From an uncultured Nitrososphaerota archaeon (GTDB lineage Archaea; Thermoproteota; Nitrososphaeria; Nitrososphaerales; Gagatemarchaeaceae), in assembly GCA_963718895.1 (NCBI GenBank), contig CAVRAG010000004.1, positions 224,001 to 288,000 on the forward strand: a stretch of DNA of 64,000 nucleotides. The letters run 5' to 3'. Every line of letters begins with the position of its first letter. The first letter of the stretch is position 1. This document shows, in pieces, positions 39,708-49,835 of the stretch. A model generated the notes under the pieces. That model saw only the letters and a program-made list of their open reading frames with translations. It searched no databases and was not told the DNA's origin. The translations under genes and the position numbers were made by a program.

Positions 39708-40898
39708 TCACGGACTTAGGGCGAACGAGGTGGCGTTTACCATGAAGCAGTAGGCGTACGGAGACGCCGTGTCGTCGGGCACGTTGAACATGCAGTTGGC
39801 GCTCGCCGGCTCTCCTTGCTGGCCGACGTATGGGTACCTCACAGTTATGGTGTAGCTCGTAGCGCTCCACGGCCCTGAGGAGGGGACTTGGGCGGTGCAG
39901 CCAGAGGCCGTGGCGGCTTGAGCGGCGCAGTTGAAGATGAACGCCTGGGAGAACCCGGAGGTCACGCACGGAACGGGATTGTTGTTCTCGGCACACCCTC
40001 CACCGTTGTCCAGGAAGCTCCCCACCGTCGGCAGGTTGCCGGACCGGACGACCGAGAAGTGCAGCAGGGTCACCTGGCCCAATTCGTCGCCGGCGACCAG
40101 AGTGTAGCTCGCGGGCAGGGCTGAGTGGAGCGAGTTGTAGAAGCCGGTGCCGTTCGCGGCGTAGATGGAGTCCTGGAAGGAAATCCGCGTTGTGAAGGTC
40201 CCCTTGGCGAGGGTCTCCGGGGTCTGGGTGTACGTGCACACCCCCGAGTTGCACACGGGCGGCGGAGGGGTGCCTGGGACGTCGTAGTAGCCGGCGTAGG
40301 TCCCGTTGTCGCTGCCCGGGAGCAGCGAGTAGCTTGTGATGTTGTGCAGGCCGTAGGATTGGTTGCCGATGAACACGAGATCGACCAGGCATTCGACCGT
40401 GGCCCACACAAACAGCGGCTTGCCCGCCGCGGAGATGTTGTTCAGCCCATAGGTCCCCGTAAAGACGCCTACGCCGACTGGATAGTACAGCTTGTTGGTG
40501 GCGTCGCCCAGGTCGCATGGTCCTGCGGACAGACCATCGATCGCCCAGGCGCTTGAGGCGGTCAGATTGTTCGCCGTCGGCAATGTGTTCAGGATTGAGG
40601 CGGTGATATCGATGGCGTCCTGGCTCGGTATCGTCGTCGCGTTGACCGACAGCGTCAGTTTCAGGCCCAACGACGAATTTGCCGTTTCCGCGCTGGCCGT
40701 GACCATCTCGGCGCCTTGGGAGGATGAGGCGGTGGTAGCCCCCGAAGAAGATGTGGAGCTCGAAGCGCTCGTATCGCTCGAGGTCGCGGACTGAGAGGAG
40801 AGTACAGCATATGTGATTCCGGCCAAGGCAGCCATTGCGACGATGACCACGGTCGCGAGGGTGGCTGTCGTCCCGATGGCGCTTCGCCGACTCACCAA
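39708..40898 (-). CDS. Pilin-signal-like surface protein (DEWG-domain family)
   Basis: MVSRRSAIG plus TM, S/T linker, YTLVAGDELGQVTLLHFSV, Cys-rich C-terminus; motif at 40934. Confidence 0.65.
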   Translation of the reverse strand: MVSRRSAIGTTATLATVVIVAMAALAGITYAVLSSQSATSSDTSASSSTSSSGATTASSSQGAEMVTASAETANSSLGLKLTLSVNATTIPSQDAIDITASILNTLPTANNLTASSAWAIDGLSAGPCDLGDATNKLYYPVGVGVFTGTYGLNNISAAGKPLFVWATVECLVDLVFIGNQSYGLHNITSYSLLPGSDNGTYAGYYDVPGTPPPPVCNSGVCTYTQTPETLAKGTFTTRISFQDSIYAANGTGFYNSLHSALPASYTLVAGDELGQVTLLHFSVVRSGNLPTVGSFLDNGGGCAENNNPVPCVTSGFSQAFIFNCAAQAATASGCTAQVPSSGPWSATSYTITVRYPYVGQQGEPASANCMFNVPDDTASPYAYCFMVNATSFALSP

Positions 40899-41004
40899 AC
40901 ATAGGTCACGCGATTCGCGAAGAGGCTCCCCTCGTGATTAATAGTTTTGTCCGAGTACACCCGAAGTCCCGGTCTTGGGCGGCTACTCATCGATGTTTAA
41001 ATAG

Positions 41005-41020
41005 GTATTACGCGTAATAC
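41005..41020. promoter_or_regulatory. Perfect 16-bp palindrome, probable antitoxin operator
   Basis: GTATTACGCGTAATAC between the TATA box (TTTAAATA) and ATG 41027. Confidence 0.7.
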
Positions 41021-41026
41021 TTTTCG

Positions 41027-41263
41027 ATGAAACGGGAGGAGACTACGGTTACCCGGAAATTCCAGACCACGATCCCAAAAGCGATAAGGAAGAACCTGGA
41101 AGTCAAGGCCGGTCAGAAGGTGACCTGGCATATCGTGAAGAGCCTCGTAGTCGTTGATACGCACAAGAGGGTGAAGGACCCGGTGGCGTTCCTCACATCT
41201 CAGACGAAACTCAACCTGGACGCCACAGCACTCGTCAGGGAGACCAGAGAAGAACTCACTTGA
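41027..41263 (+). CDS. vapB: AbrB/MazE-type antitoxin
   Basis: TVTRKFQTTIPKAIRKNLEVKAG. Confidence 0.85.
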   Translation: MKREETTVTRKFQTTIPKAIRKNLEVKAGQKVTWHIVKSLVVVDTHKRVKDPVAFLTSQTKLNLDATALVRETREELT

Positions 41264-41688
41264 AGTACCTGGACACCAACGTCATAGTCTACGCGATAGA
41301 GAACCATCCAAAGTACGGAGAGAGGTGCAAGAGAATCCTCGAAGACGTTGAGAGCGGGAAGCTGAAAGTCTCTTGTTCGATGTTGGTCCTGGTGGAACTG
41401 ATAAACGTCCTGAAGAAGCTGAACCGAGTTCTCTCGAAGCAAAAGAGGAAGGAGCTCGAACTTGAGGACAATGTTGATGCGGTGTTGTCGTTGGGAATTA
41501 CCTGGATTGACTTGGACTTTCTCATAGTAGAGAGAGCGTCCACTTACTCTTTCGATATCAACGGCGTGGACTACATCCACGCCGCGTCCATGGAGGTCAA
41601 CTCGATAACTGAAGTTCTCTCGGCGGATGCAGATTTTGACAAGGTTCCGATGGTCAAACGCCTGGATCCGTTGGGCTATGAAGGCTAG
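41260..41688 (+). CDS. vapC: PIN-domain toxin
   Basis: YLDTNVIVY, DYIHAAS, SADADFD. Confidence 0.9.
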   Translation: MKYLDTNVIVYAIENHPKYGERCKRILEDVESGKLKVSCSMLVLVELINVLKKLNRVLSKQKRKELELEDNVDAVLSLGITWIDLDFLIVERASTYSFDINGVDYIHAASMEVNSITEVLSADADFDKVPMVKRLDPLGYEG

Positions 41689-41786
41689 CCAAGAAAGTCA
41701 CATCTGGGTTCGTTGCGCCTCGCTTGTAGCTGCTCTTTACCCCAAAGGGTCGCTACCGCGTGATGGGTCAGGCGTCGCTGACAAGG

Positions 41787-42212
41787 CTAGCAGGAGATGC
41801 TCTCGAACTGGGTCCGGTTGGAGAAGGTCGCCGTGTTGTTGGTCACCGTGGTGAAGGAGGTCACGGTGCCGCTGACGTTGGCGGGATAGATGTACGTTAT
41901 CGTGGTCGTCTGGCCTCCGACCGGGCTCACGTAGGTCGTGCTCGTCTGTCCGGAAATCGTGACGCACTCGGGTATGTAGACGTAGACGACCACGACCTTC
42001 TGCGTCACCGTCTCCACGCCCGACTGGCCAAGGGAAGTCACGGTTATCGTGGTCGGCACGGTCTGGATTACGGTTGTGGGTAGCGTCCGGGTCTCGATAA
42101 GCGTGGTCGTCCGGGTCGTTATGGGGGAGGCGCTGTACCCAATTGATACGCCTAGGCCCAGGGCTACGAAGACGAGCGCGACCGAGACTAGGAAGGTTCT
42201 TCCGAATCGCAA
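41787..42212 (-). CDS. Membrane-anchored Thr-rich protein
   Basis: N-terminal TM, Thr/Val-rich, two Cys; motif at 42248. Confidence 0.6.
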   Translation of the reverse strand: MRFGRTFLVSVALVFVALGLGVSIGYSASPITTRTTTLIETRTLPTTVIQTVPTTITVTSLGQSGVETVTQKVVVVYVYIPECVTISGQTSTTYVSPVGGQTTTITYIYPANVSGTVTSFTTVTNNTATFSNRTQFESISC

Positions 42213-42299
42213 GGCACCAAAGGACCTGACTGCGAAGTTACTGAATCGTGATTAATAGTTATGTCCGAACACCGAGGGAAAGGAAAATCTGTTCTTTCG

Positions 42300-42436
42300 T
42301 CGGCTTTTACGTGCGAACCGCACCAGGTCCCGAGGCCGGAGCCAAGGCGCACTTCTTTCACAGCCCAACGTGTGGATGAAATGGCCCGGCGGAGGCGCGA
42401 TGAACCCTAGACGTGGCACGCCTTGGGCATTCTCGA
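42300..42436. repeat. Array repeat core (copy D, +) followed by an inverted internal fragment (about 42372-42436, -)
   Basis: CGGCTTTTACGTGCGAACCGCACCAGGTCCCGAGGCC; GGATGAAATGGCCCGGCGGAGGCGCGATGAACCCT is the reverse complement of the unit's middle. Confidence 0.8.
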
Positions 42437-42670
42437 GCATGAATCGGCCGAGCCGCTCAAGATTCCCTCACTGACTCGACAATCATTAGTTCCAATCTGG
42501 CGCCGGAGTAGCATCATCTAGTTTCTCAACCAACACTTTGGAGGTCAGGTGCAGGACCGGCCTAGCTCGCAATCTCAGAGCTTTCGAACCCATATACGCC
42601 TGAATTCGCCCAAATAAGAGAAAATACTGGGAGCAGTGGAGATGGATGCTCCACTGCATGCAATCGCCTC

Positions 42671-43468
42671 TCACAGGATGAATATCAGAGACAGCAGTCC
42701 AACGACATCAGCTGTGTAGTGTGTCACCCATGTCACGGCGAGGTTGTGGGTCTTGGCATAGATCAGCCCGAAGAAGGCACCATCTATGGCGACTCCAAGG
42801 ACGTCAATCAGTGTCACCTGCAAGCTCCCTGCGACGCCGACCGCGTGGACCAGAGCGAACATGCATGTGGTTACCAGAATTGCGGCTCGCGTCCCAATGA
42901 ACCAGCTCAGCCTCTCCTGTATCGTGACTCGGAAGACCAACTCCTCCATCAGGGTTAGCACAGCCATCAGGACCAGCATGCCCCCAAACACAGAAACCCC
43001 TCCAACGGAGGCGAAATCTGAGGCGAGCCTGCCGGAAATTTGCTGGAGCTCTTGACCGTAGTATCCGAATACGTATGCGACTCCCAGGGTCGGCGGCAGA
43101 ATCTGGAAGAGCAGGCCGTCGATTCCGAAATAGTACCAGACTCGCCGGAAGTCCTTACGGAAGCCGCGCTTGATCCCCAGGTCGCTCCAAGGGCGGTTGC
43201 GCCGAAGCGGCCCATCAACAGCATAGACAACGGCCATGATGTACCCGAAAATGTAGAGTTGACCATATCGCTGCCCGTCGTACAGGCCGACAGTAGTGGT
43301 GAAGATGAGGATCGCCATCACCCCTGCCAGTTGATAGAGAGCCTTTCTGTCATGGAGAGCGGGCATCCTTCGGGTGTGGTTTACTGCTGGACTCGAAGGA
43401 AGTTCTGCCGAGGAACTAGAAGCTCTCGCAGAATGCAGGTTGCCGTTCTCTGCTGGTTTCTTCTTCAT
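42671..43468 (-). CDS. CPBP (CAAX/Abi) intramembrane metalloprotease
   Basis: EELVFR, FALVH, H-x3-D motifs. Confidence 0.9.
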   Translation of the reverse strand: MKKKPAENGNLHSARASSSSAELPSSPAVNHTRRMPALHDRKALYQLAGVMAILIFTTTVGLYDGQRYGQLYIFGYIMAVVYAVDGPLRRNRPWSDLGIKRGFRKDFRRVWYYFGIDGLLFQILPPTLGVAYVFGYYGQELQQISGRLASDFASVGGVSVFGGMLVLMAVLTLMEELVFRVTIQERLSWFIGTRAAILVTTCMFALVHAVGVAGSLQVTLIDVLGVAIDGAFFGLIYAKTHNLAVTWVTHYTADVVGLLSLIFIL

Positions 43469-43476
43469 TTCGTTTT

Positions 43477-43722
43477 TCAGCTCCCCTTGGATTTCTCCAG
43501 GTCATCCCTTGCAAGGTCAATCCTCAGAACGCCGCTGGTCCCGGTCACTTCCAGGACCGCATCCTCCACAAATTCTGCGTGTTTCAAGACCCCAATGGTC
43601 CCCTCCACGAGTACGCGCCGAGTTTCGTCCGGGACGCTCACTCTCCTCAAGTCAATTCCCGAATCGAGTTCTATTGTAAAGATGCGTTCCGTCCCAGGTT
43701 GTCTTACGTCCAGCTTCCCCAT
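43477..43722 (-). CDS. Small hypothetical protein
   Basis: Coherent ORF (VLVEGTIG..VLEVTGTSGVLRIDL) co-oriented with the protease. Confidence 0.55.
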   Translation of the reverse strand: MGKLDVRQPGTERIFTIELDSGIDLRRVSVPDETRRVLVEGTIGVLKHAEFVEDAVLEVTGTSGVLRIDLARDDLEKSKGS

Positions 43723-43798
43723 TTTTCCACGACTTGTGGAAAGGTGGGAAAATGAGATAACCCTTGTTTGACGAAGAGGCTTAAGAACACACAAAACT

Positions 43799-44575
43799 GT
43801 GTCAGGCTTACAAATGGAGAAAAGGACGCAGCCTGAAGACAGGGCGGCAGAACTCCACCTTCAACTGGCCAGTGTAGATAGAAGGCGCATAATGTCAGAG
43901 TTGGAGAAAGAGAACCTGAACCTCAGCGAGCTAGCTCGGCGGGTCGGCGTGAGCGCGACGGAGGCCTTCAGACAGGTTCAGAGGATGACAGAGGCCAGAG
44001 TCCTCGAGAGGATGTCCGACGGGAAGTACAGACTAACGCCATACGCGAAACTCGCACTCGAGATGTCATCGCCCTTGGACTTCGTCTCCAAGTATAGAGA
44101 CGGCTTTATGCAGAATGATGCCTTCCTCCTCCCTAAAGAGTATCGAGCAAGGCTCGGGGAGCTGCTCGGCGGCGAGCGGGTAACGGACGACACCGAAGTA
44201 TACAACAGGGCCGCAGAGATGCAAAAAGGCGCGGAGGGGAGCATATACGCGACTGTGATGGGCAACCAGCTCCTCCTCGACATAACCATGCAACGCCTCC
44301 GGCAGGGAGTGAAGGTCAGGTGGCTCATGCATGAGAGCTTCCTCGACAAGGCCAGGTCAATCCTCCGCTCCGCCGAGCAGCGTCCCGAGACGAGATCGGC
44401 ATCGAGTTTCCCTGTTCACATGGTCGTGACAGAAAAGATGGCCGGCGTCGTTTTCCTTCCAAACAGGAGTGGCGCGTCCAGCTGGGCTTTGTTCGGCAGT
44501 GACTCTTCCTTCCTCAAATGGGCGGGCGACCTGTTCATGCATGAGTGGCAGAAGGCAAAGATTTGGTATCCCTGA
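43799..44575 (+). CDS. ArsR-wHTH plus DUF1724/FilR1-like regulator
   Basis: LASVDRRRI..YRLTPY..LPKEY..RLGEL..FLKWAGDLFMHEW; paralog of 47300..48049. Confidence 0.8.
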   Translation: MSGLQMEKRTQPEDRAAELHLQLASVDRRRIMSELEKENLNLSELARRVGVSATEAFRQVQRMTEARVLERMSDGKYRLTPYAKLALEMSSPLDFVSKYRDGFMQNDAFLLPKEYRARLGELLGGERVTDDTEVYNRAAEMQKGAEGSIYATVMGNQLLLDITMQRLRQGVKVRWLMHESFLDKARSILRSAEQRPETRSASSFPVHMVVTEKMAGVVFLPNRSGASSWALFGSDSSFLKWAGDLFMHEWQKAKIWYP

Positions 44576-44660
44576 ACGCGAGAGTACATGTGTCGCGTAT
44601 ACGCTCTCCATCACGGTAAGACATCCCGAGGTCAGGCGTAATGAACCCCAACACGGGAAC

Positions 44661-44826
44661 TTATATCCTCCGCGAGAACAAGATGATCGCCACCGCAGGC
44701 GCAGACAGGCTCCAGGAGGGGATGAGGAAGGCCTTCGGCAAGCCTATAGGTCTGGCCGCCCGTGTGGACATCGGCTCCACGATACTCGAGCTCCAGGTCA
44801 AGACGGCGGACCTCCAGCTGGGCAAT
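44661..44826 (+). pseudogene. Internal fragment of a second rpl10e allele
   Basis: [53 protein letters not shown] is identical in protein to about 34095-34255, with synonymous DNA differences. Confidence 0.9.
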
Positions 44827-44865
44827 GAACGCTCTCACACTGCTTCGAAGAGACGATGAACGAGC

Positions 44866-45513
44866 TTGGTCGCCTCGATTTTGCTCACAAGATGTATATG
44901 TCTGGGACACCCAGACACTACCATGTCATCGATGCGTGACTCGCAGTTTCGCAGGCCTGACATCGGCACGATTGGGGCAAGCCTGCTCGTCATGGTGGGC
45001 TTCGCCGTCTACCTTGCCGGACGCTACTTGGGGTCACTGCCTGGGTACCAGTACAACGGGCCGATACCCCCTGATATCGCCTACTCCATCATGGGCTTCT
45101 ATTCCGCCATCGTCGGCATCGTAATCTTGACTGCCAGGTTCCTCTGGCAGGTGTTCGCGCTCCCGGCCCGGGGGAGGATTGCGCTGCTGGCAGGATGGTC
45201 GCTTGTGATAGCAGGGCTGGTCGCCATGCCCACTGGCGCTCTTCAGGAGACCACCTGCTCCAACTGCTACTTCAACCTGAACGGCTCGTTTGTAATCTTC
45301 TGGGCCGGGGCCGTCGCCCTTCCTGCCGGCCTGACCGTAGTGGCATCCGTCCTCCTCGCGTCGCAGTCGCGGCCTCCCGGCCACAAGCAGCTTGTCCGTA
45401 TCGCGCTCGCCGCGGTGGTGATCATCCTGGCGGGTGTCACTCTCTGGACTGCCTTCGAAGCCTATTCCGCATATCTGAGCTACACCAGCTTACGTTTCAA
45501 CCTAGCGCTCTAG
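44866..45513 (+). CDS. Integral membrane protein
   Basis: Five hydrophobic helices, CxxC loop. Confidence 0.6.
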   Translation: MVASILLTRCICLGHPDTTMSSMRDSQFRRPDIGTIGASLLVMVGFAVYLAGRYLGSLPGYQYNGPIPPDIAYSIMGFYSAIVGIVILTARFLWQVFALPARGRIALLAGWSLVIAGLVAMPTGALQETTCSNCYFNLNGSFVIFWAGAVALPAGLTVVASVLLASQSRPPGHKQLVRIALAAVVIILAGVTLWTAFEAYSAYLSYTSLRFNLAL

Positions 45514-45550
45514 ACCGGACGACCCGAAGACGGCACCCAAGTACAGAGGT

Positions 45551-47155
45551 TCATTGCGTCTCCGCCGTGATCAGAACGTTGACTGGGTCTTCCCGGGTTC
45601 GTTTAGCACTCGATGGGTCAGTCAGCTCGCGAGATGGGAGAACGCGACCTACCAGATCATTGAGCAGGTTCGTGTCTCTGAGTATGATCTGCGCCGTCTG
45701 GATTCCTGAGACGAGGACGCCGTACACGCCGCCCCCTGGCTGGGTCCAGTGGCCAGAAAGGTAGAGACCACGTATCGGTGTCTCGTGGGGCATCCTGCCC
45801 AGTCCCACTTGAGCGGGGGTAGGCTCCCAGCCATAGATTGCACCTGACAGGTTCAGGGTGTACCGTTCCATGGTCCTCGGCGAAGCACCCTCGGCGAAGA
45901 GTGTGTGTTCGTGCAGTCCTGGGAAGAGCGTCTCCAGCTCTTTCACTATCAGCGCTGAATATCGTGCTTTCTTCTCTCTCCAGGAGCCCTCAATCTCGTA
46001 GGGGATCAGCGAGGTGGCTATGATGATGTGCTCGCCGGGGGGAGCCAGAGATGGGTCGATGAGGGTCGGAATGTCCACTCCCAGCATTGCGGGAGTCCCG
46101 TCCTGAATCATCCTGTACGTCTCATCGTGGTCCCACGTCTTGTAGAGAAACGTCTCGTGCGACGCTCCGAGCTTCCTCAGGTCGAGGTCGGTCGCAAGGA
46201 AGAGCACGAAAGCGGAGACGGATGGCGTCATGCTGTGAATCTTGCTAACGAAGCGTGTTGGGAGTTCATTTACGCCGACGAGTTCTTCGAACGTCTGCAC
46301 GGGGTCTGCGTTCGAGATCACCAGTTCGGCCTCTATCCGCTGGCCGTTCTCCAGGACGATCCCATTTACGGCTCCCTCGTGAACGATTATCCTCCTCACG
46401 CTGCTCAACAACATCACCTCGCCCTTGCACCTCCTGATGGCCTCCACCAAGGCGTTCGCGAGGTTCTGGAAGGTCCCCCGGCAGTAGAACGCGCCCCCGT
46501 CCATGAAGCTCATGAACATGGCGGACCAGTACAGGAACGAGATCTTCGAGGGAGGGAGGCCGAGGTAGGGCCACAGAGTCGCGAAGAGCGCCTTGGCCTT
46601 CGGGTCGGCCAGGTGCTCGTCCATCACCTGCTGCAGCGTCGCGTTGCGATACTTGTACAGGACCGGCAAGTTGCTCGGCGTCCGGAGCAGGTCGAAGATG
46701 GATGGCTTGGAGGGGAACCTCCGGACCTCCTCGTCAATCTGGGCGCAGAGCTCGAGGAGCTTCAAGAAACCTCCCTCCTCTTCGGGGAACTGGACCGCAA
46801 GGGCCCGGACGAACTCCTCCTCTCCCGTCGGGACGTCGACCCTGACCCCTGGGAAGATGGCGGTGTAGAACGGAGAAGCCCGGAGGAACTCGCAGAGTTC
46901 CCTGACCCCGAGCGTGCTGAGAAGGTTGTCGACAAGACCGCCCTCGCATCCGCCCGTGAGATGTACCGCCGCATCGAAGTGGTACCTCTTCAGCTGGAAT
47001 GACTGGGCATACCCTCCGGCACGGTCGTGCCTCTCTATCACGAGGACCTTCTTTCCGTTCTTGGCGAGCAGGGCCGCAGCCGTGAGCCCGCCGATTCCGC
47101 TGCCAATGACGATGACGTCGTATCTCTGCTCGCGCGATTCCCTTAGTATGGTCAT
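45551..47155 (-). CDS. Phytoene desaturase-like FAD-dependent oxidoreductase
   Basis: YDVIVIGSGIGGL..E..GGY, SPRTMERYT..GAIYG, GLYLSGHWTQPGGGV. Confidence 0.9.
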   Translation of the reverse strand: MTILRESREQRYDVIVIGSGIGGLTAAALLAKNGKKVLVIERHDRAGGYAQSFQLKRYHFDAAVHLTGGCEGGLVDNLLSTLGVRELCEFLRASPFYTAIFPGVRVDVPTGEEEFVRALAVQFPEEEGGFLKLLELCAQIDEEVRRFPSKPSIFDLLRTPSNLPVLYKYRNATLQQVMDEHLADPKAKALFATLWPYLGLPPSKISFLYWSAMFMSFMDGGAFYCRGTFQNLANALVEAIRRCKGEVMLLSSVRRIIVHEGAVNGIVLENGQRIEAELVISNADPVQTFEELVGVNELPTRFVSKIHSMTPSVSAFVLFLATDLDLRKLGASHETFLYKTWDHDETYRMIQDGTPAMLGVDIPTLIDPSLAPPGEHIIIATSLIPYEIEGSWREKKARYSALIVKELETLFPGLHEHTLFAEGASPRTMERYTLNLSGAIYGWEPTPAQVGLGRMPHETPIRGLYLSGHWTQPGGGVYGVLVSGIQTAQIILRDTNLLNDLVGRVLPSRELTDPSSAKRTREDPVNVLITAETQ

Positions 47156-47299
47156 ATCGGACGATGGATGCAGCGAAGGGCACCCTACATCTTGGTTGCT
47201 CAACACGGACGATGTGACCTCAACACCCGTGTTGACGCTGGGAGGCTCTGTGCCGACCAAGGTTTAAGATTCGCGCCATCATGGACGGGGTGACAGCGC

Positions 47300-48049
47300 A
47301 TGCAAGAGACCGGCGAACTGATGTTTCTTTTGTCGAGCGCGGACAGGTTGAGGCTGCTCGAGGTGCTCCGAGAGGAGAAACTCAGAACGAGCAGGTTGTC
47401 GTCGAAGCTCTCCATGACGGTCCAGGAGACGTCCAGGCAGCTCTCTCGCCTGGAGGCGGCGAGCCTGGTCGAGAGGGACTCGCAGGGCCTCTACAGCCTC
47501 ACCGGCTACGGGACGGTCGTGCTGAAGCTCATACCATCGTTCGACTTTCTAGTCCACCGCAAAGAGTACCTCCTCTCCCACGACCTCTCGTTCATCCCCC
47601 CGGAGTTCGTAGAGAGGATAGGCGAGCTGGCGAAGAACGAATACAGGGCGACGGTGGGGTCGGTCCTCGACCACTTCGAGCAGGTGATGAGCGAGGCCCG
47701 CGAGTACGTCTGGCTGATGGCCGACCAGACTCTGATGGTGGACTCGATCGCCATGAAGCTGCTCGACGACGGTCCGGTGACGTGGAGGATAATCATCCCT
47801 GCTGCCGTCACCAAGGAGGAGGACTACCGGCTTCCGCCCAGCGATTTGAGGGGAAAGGTCGAGCTGGGCCTGGTCGAAGACGTCAGGATGGGGATGTCGC
47901 TCAACGAGACGCTGGCGGGCGTCACCCTCCCCGACAAGGGCGGGAAAGTGGATTTCGACAGAGGACTTCGCAGCAGCGATCCAGACTTCCACAGGTGGTC
48001 CAGAGACCTCTTTCTTTTCAACTGGAGCAAGTCGAAGAAGCTCCTCTGA
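47300..48049 (+). CDS. ArsR-wHTH plus DUF1724/FilR1-like regulator
   Basis: LSSADRLRLL..QETSRQLSRL..LSHDLSFIPPEFVERIGEL..FHRWSRDLF. Confidence 0.85.
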   Translation: MQETGELMFLLSSADRLRLLEVLREEKLRTSRLSSKLSMTVQETSRQLSRLEAASLVERDSQGLYSLTGYGTVVLKLIPSFDFLVHRKEYLLSHDLSFIPPEFVERIGELAKNEYRATVGSVLDHFEQVMSEAREYVWLMADQTLMVDSIAMKLLDDGPVTWRIIIPAAVTKEEDYRLPPSDLRGKVELGLVEDVRMGMSLNETLAGVTLPDKGGKVDFDRGLRSSDPDFHRWSRDLFLFNWSKSKKLL

Positions 48050-48099
48050 CCTCCTTGTCTGGCAAGCCTAGTACCAGCGCGAGACCAAAAGATAATCCC

Positions 48100-48222
48100 G
48101 GGTTCATTGAGCCTCCGCCGGTCCACCCTATCCAGGTTCGTCAGCTATTGTAGGTGAGCTGAGGTGGGTATTCCATCTGCTCTCCGCGCTTCTACGTGCG
48201 AACCGCGCCGGGCCCCGAGGCC
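48100..48222 (+). repeat. Array repeat copy E
   Basis: Near-identical to 39568-39690. Confidence 0.9.
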
Positions 48223-48321
48223 GAAACCTCGACCTTGGCAGTGCGCTACCTCCTTTCTCCCAGTTCACACTCCGTCCCGACCGTGGAAGTATGCGATTTG
48301 AATGCCGCTCAATCCAAACAC

Positions 48322-48753
48322 CTAGTCTGCGATCTTCGGACTAAACTTCCGAGGATCCACCCTCGTGAGTCCTGGCACCCTGTCGTATACTTCGTCTGTG
48401 GACAGGATCGTCCTGTCCGAATCCTGATTCAGCGCAGTCGCCGCGTAAATCGCATCGAAGAGGCCTGTGACCTTGAACGACTTCATGATGGATTGTGCCG
48501 CCAGCAGGACCTCTGCCGTAACCGGAAGGATGGAGAGACCATCGATCCCCGCGATTTCGGCCTGCTTGCCAAGCACCGCCGCCTTATCGAATCCGAAATC
48601 CTCCAAGACATAATAGAGTTCGATGAGCACGGCCGCTGAGGTGTTCAGCTTCAGCTTGTTCCGTCGCAGCGATTCGAAGATGGGGTCGGCGTACTGCTTC
48701 AACCAGTCGGTCTTCTTCGAGTACGCCACGAAGAGGTCCGATTCGATGATCAT
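48322..48753 (-). CDS. vapC: PIN-domain toxin
   Basis: IIESDLFVAY, FDAIYAATAL, STDEVYD. Confidence 0.85.
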   Translation of the reverse strand: MIIESDLFVAYSKKTDWLKQYADPIFESLRRNKLKLNTSAAVLIELYYVLEDFGFDKAAVLGKQAEIAGIDGLSILPVTAEVLLAAQSIMKSFKVTGLFDAIYAATALNQDSDRTILSTDEVYDRVPGLTRVDPRKFSPKIAD

Positions 48754-48983
48754 CTCTGTCGTCGCCTCGTTGCGCGCGCTCTGACCTCTTCGGCAAGCTT
48801 TCTCTCCGCCCGCTCCTTGGCCGACTTTCCTGTCACCTTCGTGTCCGACTCAACCGGCGCTCTCGCTATCGGAATCACCATGTACGAGTCGCCCATGTGG
48901 ATTACCAGCGCCCTGTCTGCCTCTATCCGCATCTCCTTCGGGATGGTGACCCGTCCACGTGCGTCAATCTCGACTACCGACAT
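48750..48983 (-). CDS. vapB: AbrB-type antitoxin
   Basis: MSVVEIDARGRVTIPKEMR; ATGA overlap with the toxin. Confidence 0.85.
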   Translation of the reverse strand: MSVVEIDARGRVTIPKEMRIEADRALVIHMGDSYMVIPIARAPVESDTKVTGKSAKERAERKLAEEVRARATRRRQR

Positions 48984-49152
48984 TAGCCCAAAAACGGGGA
49001 CTGCGCCCATATTTATCATTTGTGGGTAGAAATGAACTATTGCCCACGGAGCGATTTTTGGACCGGGGATCTCCGCCTGACCAGCCACGGCCAGCATGAA
49101 AGTTAGCCCATCCAGCAATCCCAACTCGGTCTGAGGGCTCTTGTTCAATGAG

Positions 49153-49275
49153 CTCCGGGCTTTTGCGTGCGAACCGCGTTAGGCCCCGAGGCCTCTCCAT
49201 CCGTCCGAGCTGCGTCTTGTCCTGGATGCGGAAGAGGCCTGAAGCCATGAATAGGGTTCATTGCGCCTCAGCCGG
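49153..49275 (+). repeat. Array repeat copy F
   Basis: Matches 39465-39590. Confidence 0.9.
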
Positions 49276-49283
49276 AGCATGCC

Positions 49284-49765
49284 TCAAGCCGTGGAGGCCG
49301 TGGAAGAACCTGACGCCATGGTTAATGGGCCAGATTCAGACTGGATGTAGTTCGACAGAGACGCAAGACACCCAGTCGCCTGCAAGGTGGGCTCCGGTAC
49401 CACGACCCAGACTGTTCCATTGGTCACGTACATGACAACCCAGTCAGGATACGTCTGACCGTTCATGTAATCGAGGACGGTCTCTGAGTAGTTCTGAACG
49501 GCTTGGGCAGACGCTCTATCGAAGACTTGTAGGCCGCCCTGGCTTGAATTTCTGAGAAGCTGGCTCGCGGAGGGCAGGTTCGGGCATGAGGAACTCACCA
49601 CACTGGAGGGCAAAAAATTATCGTGCCTGGTGAGGAGGCTGAGCGAGTCACGGTCGTCGCAGCACCGAAGTAGGACGCGGCAAAGACGCCAGCACCGATT
49701 ACCACCCCGGCTATGATAACGGCCACGGCCAGGCGAGTGCAACTTCGAGTTGGTGGGGCGTTCAT
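49284..49765 (-). CDS. Membrane-anchored protein, frameshifted
   Basis: ATG 49765 gives MNAPPTRSCTRLAVAVIIAGVVIGAGVF; the extracellular part continues in ORF 49284..49742, with the shift at or before the homopolymer near 49615; motif at 49803. Confidence 0.5.
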
Positions 49766-49835
49766 TCAGTAAGGACTTCGAAAGCCTTCGAGGGGCTCAT
49801 TGTTATCGATAGTTATTTCCGAATACCGCATCTCG

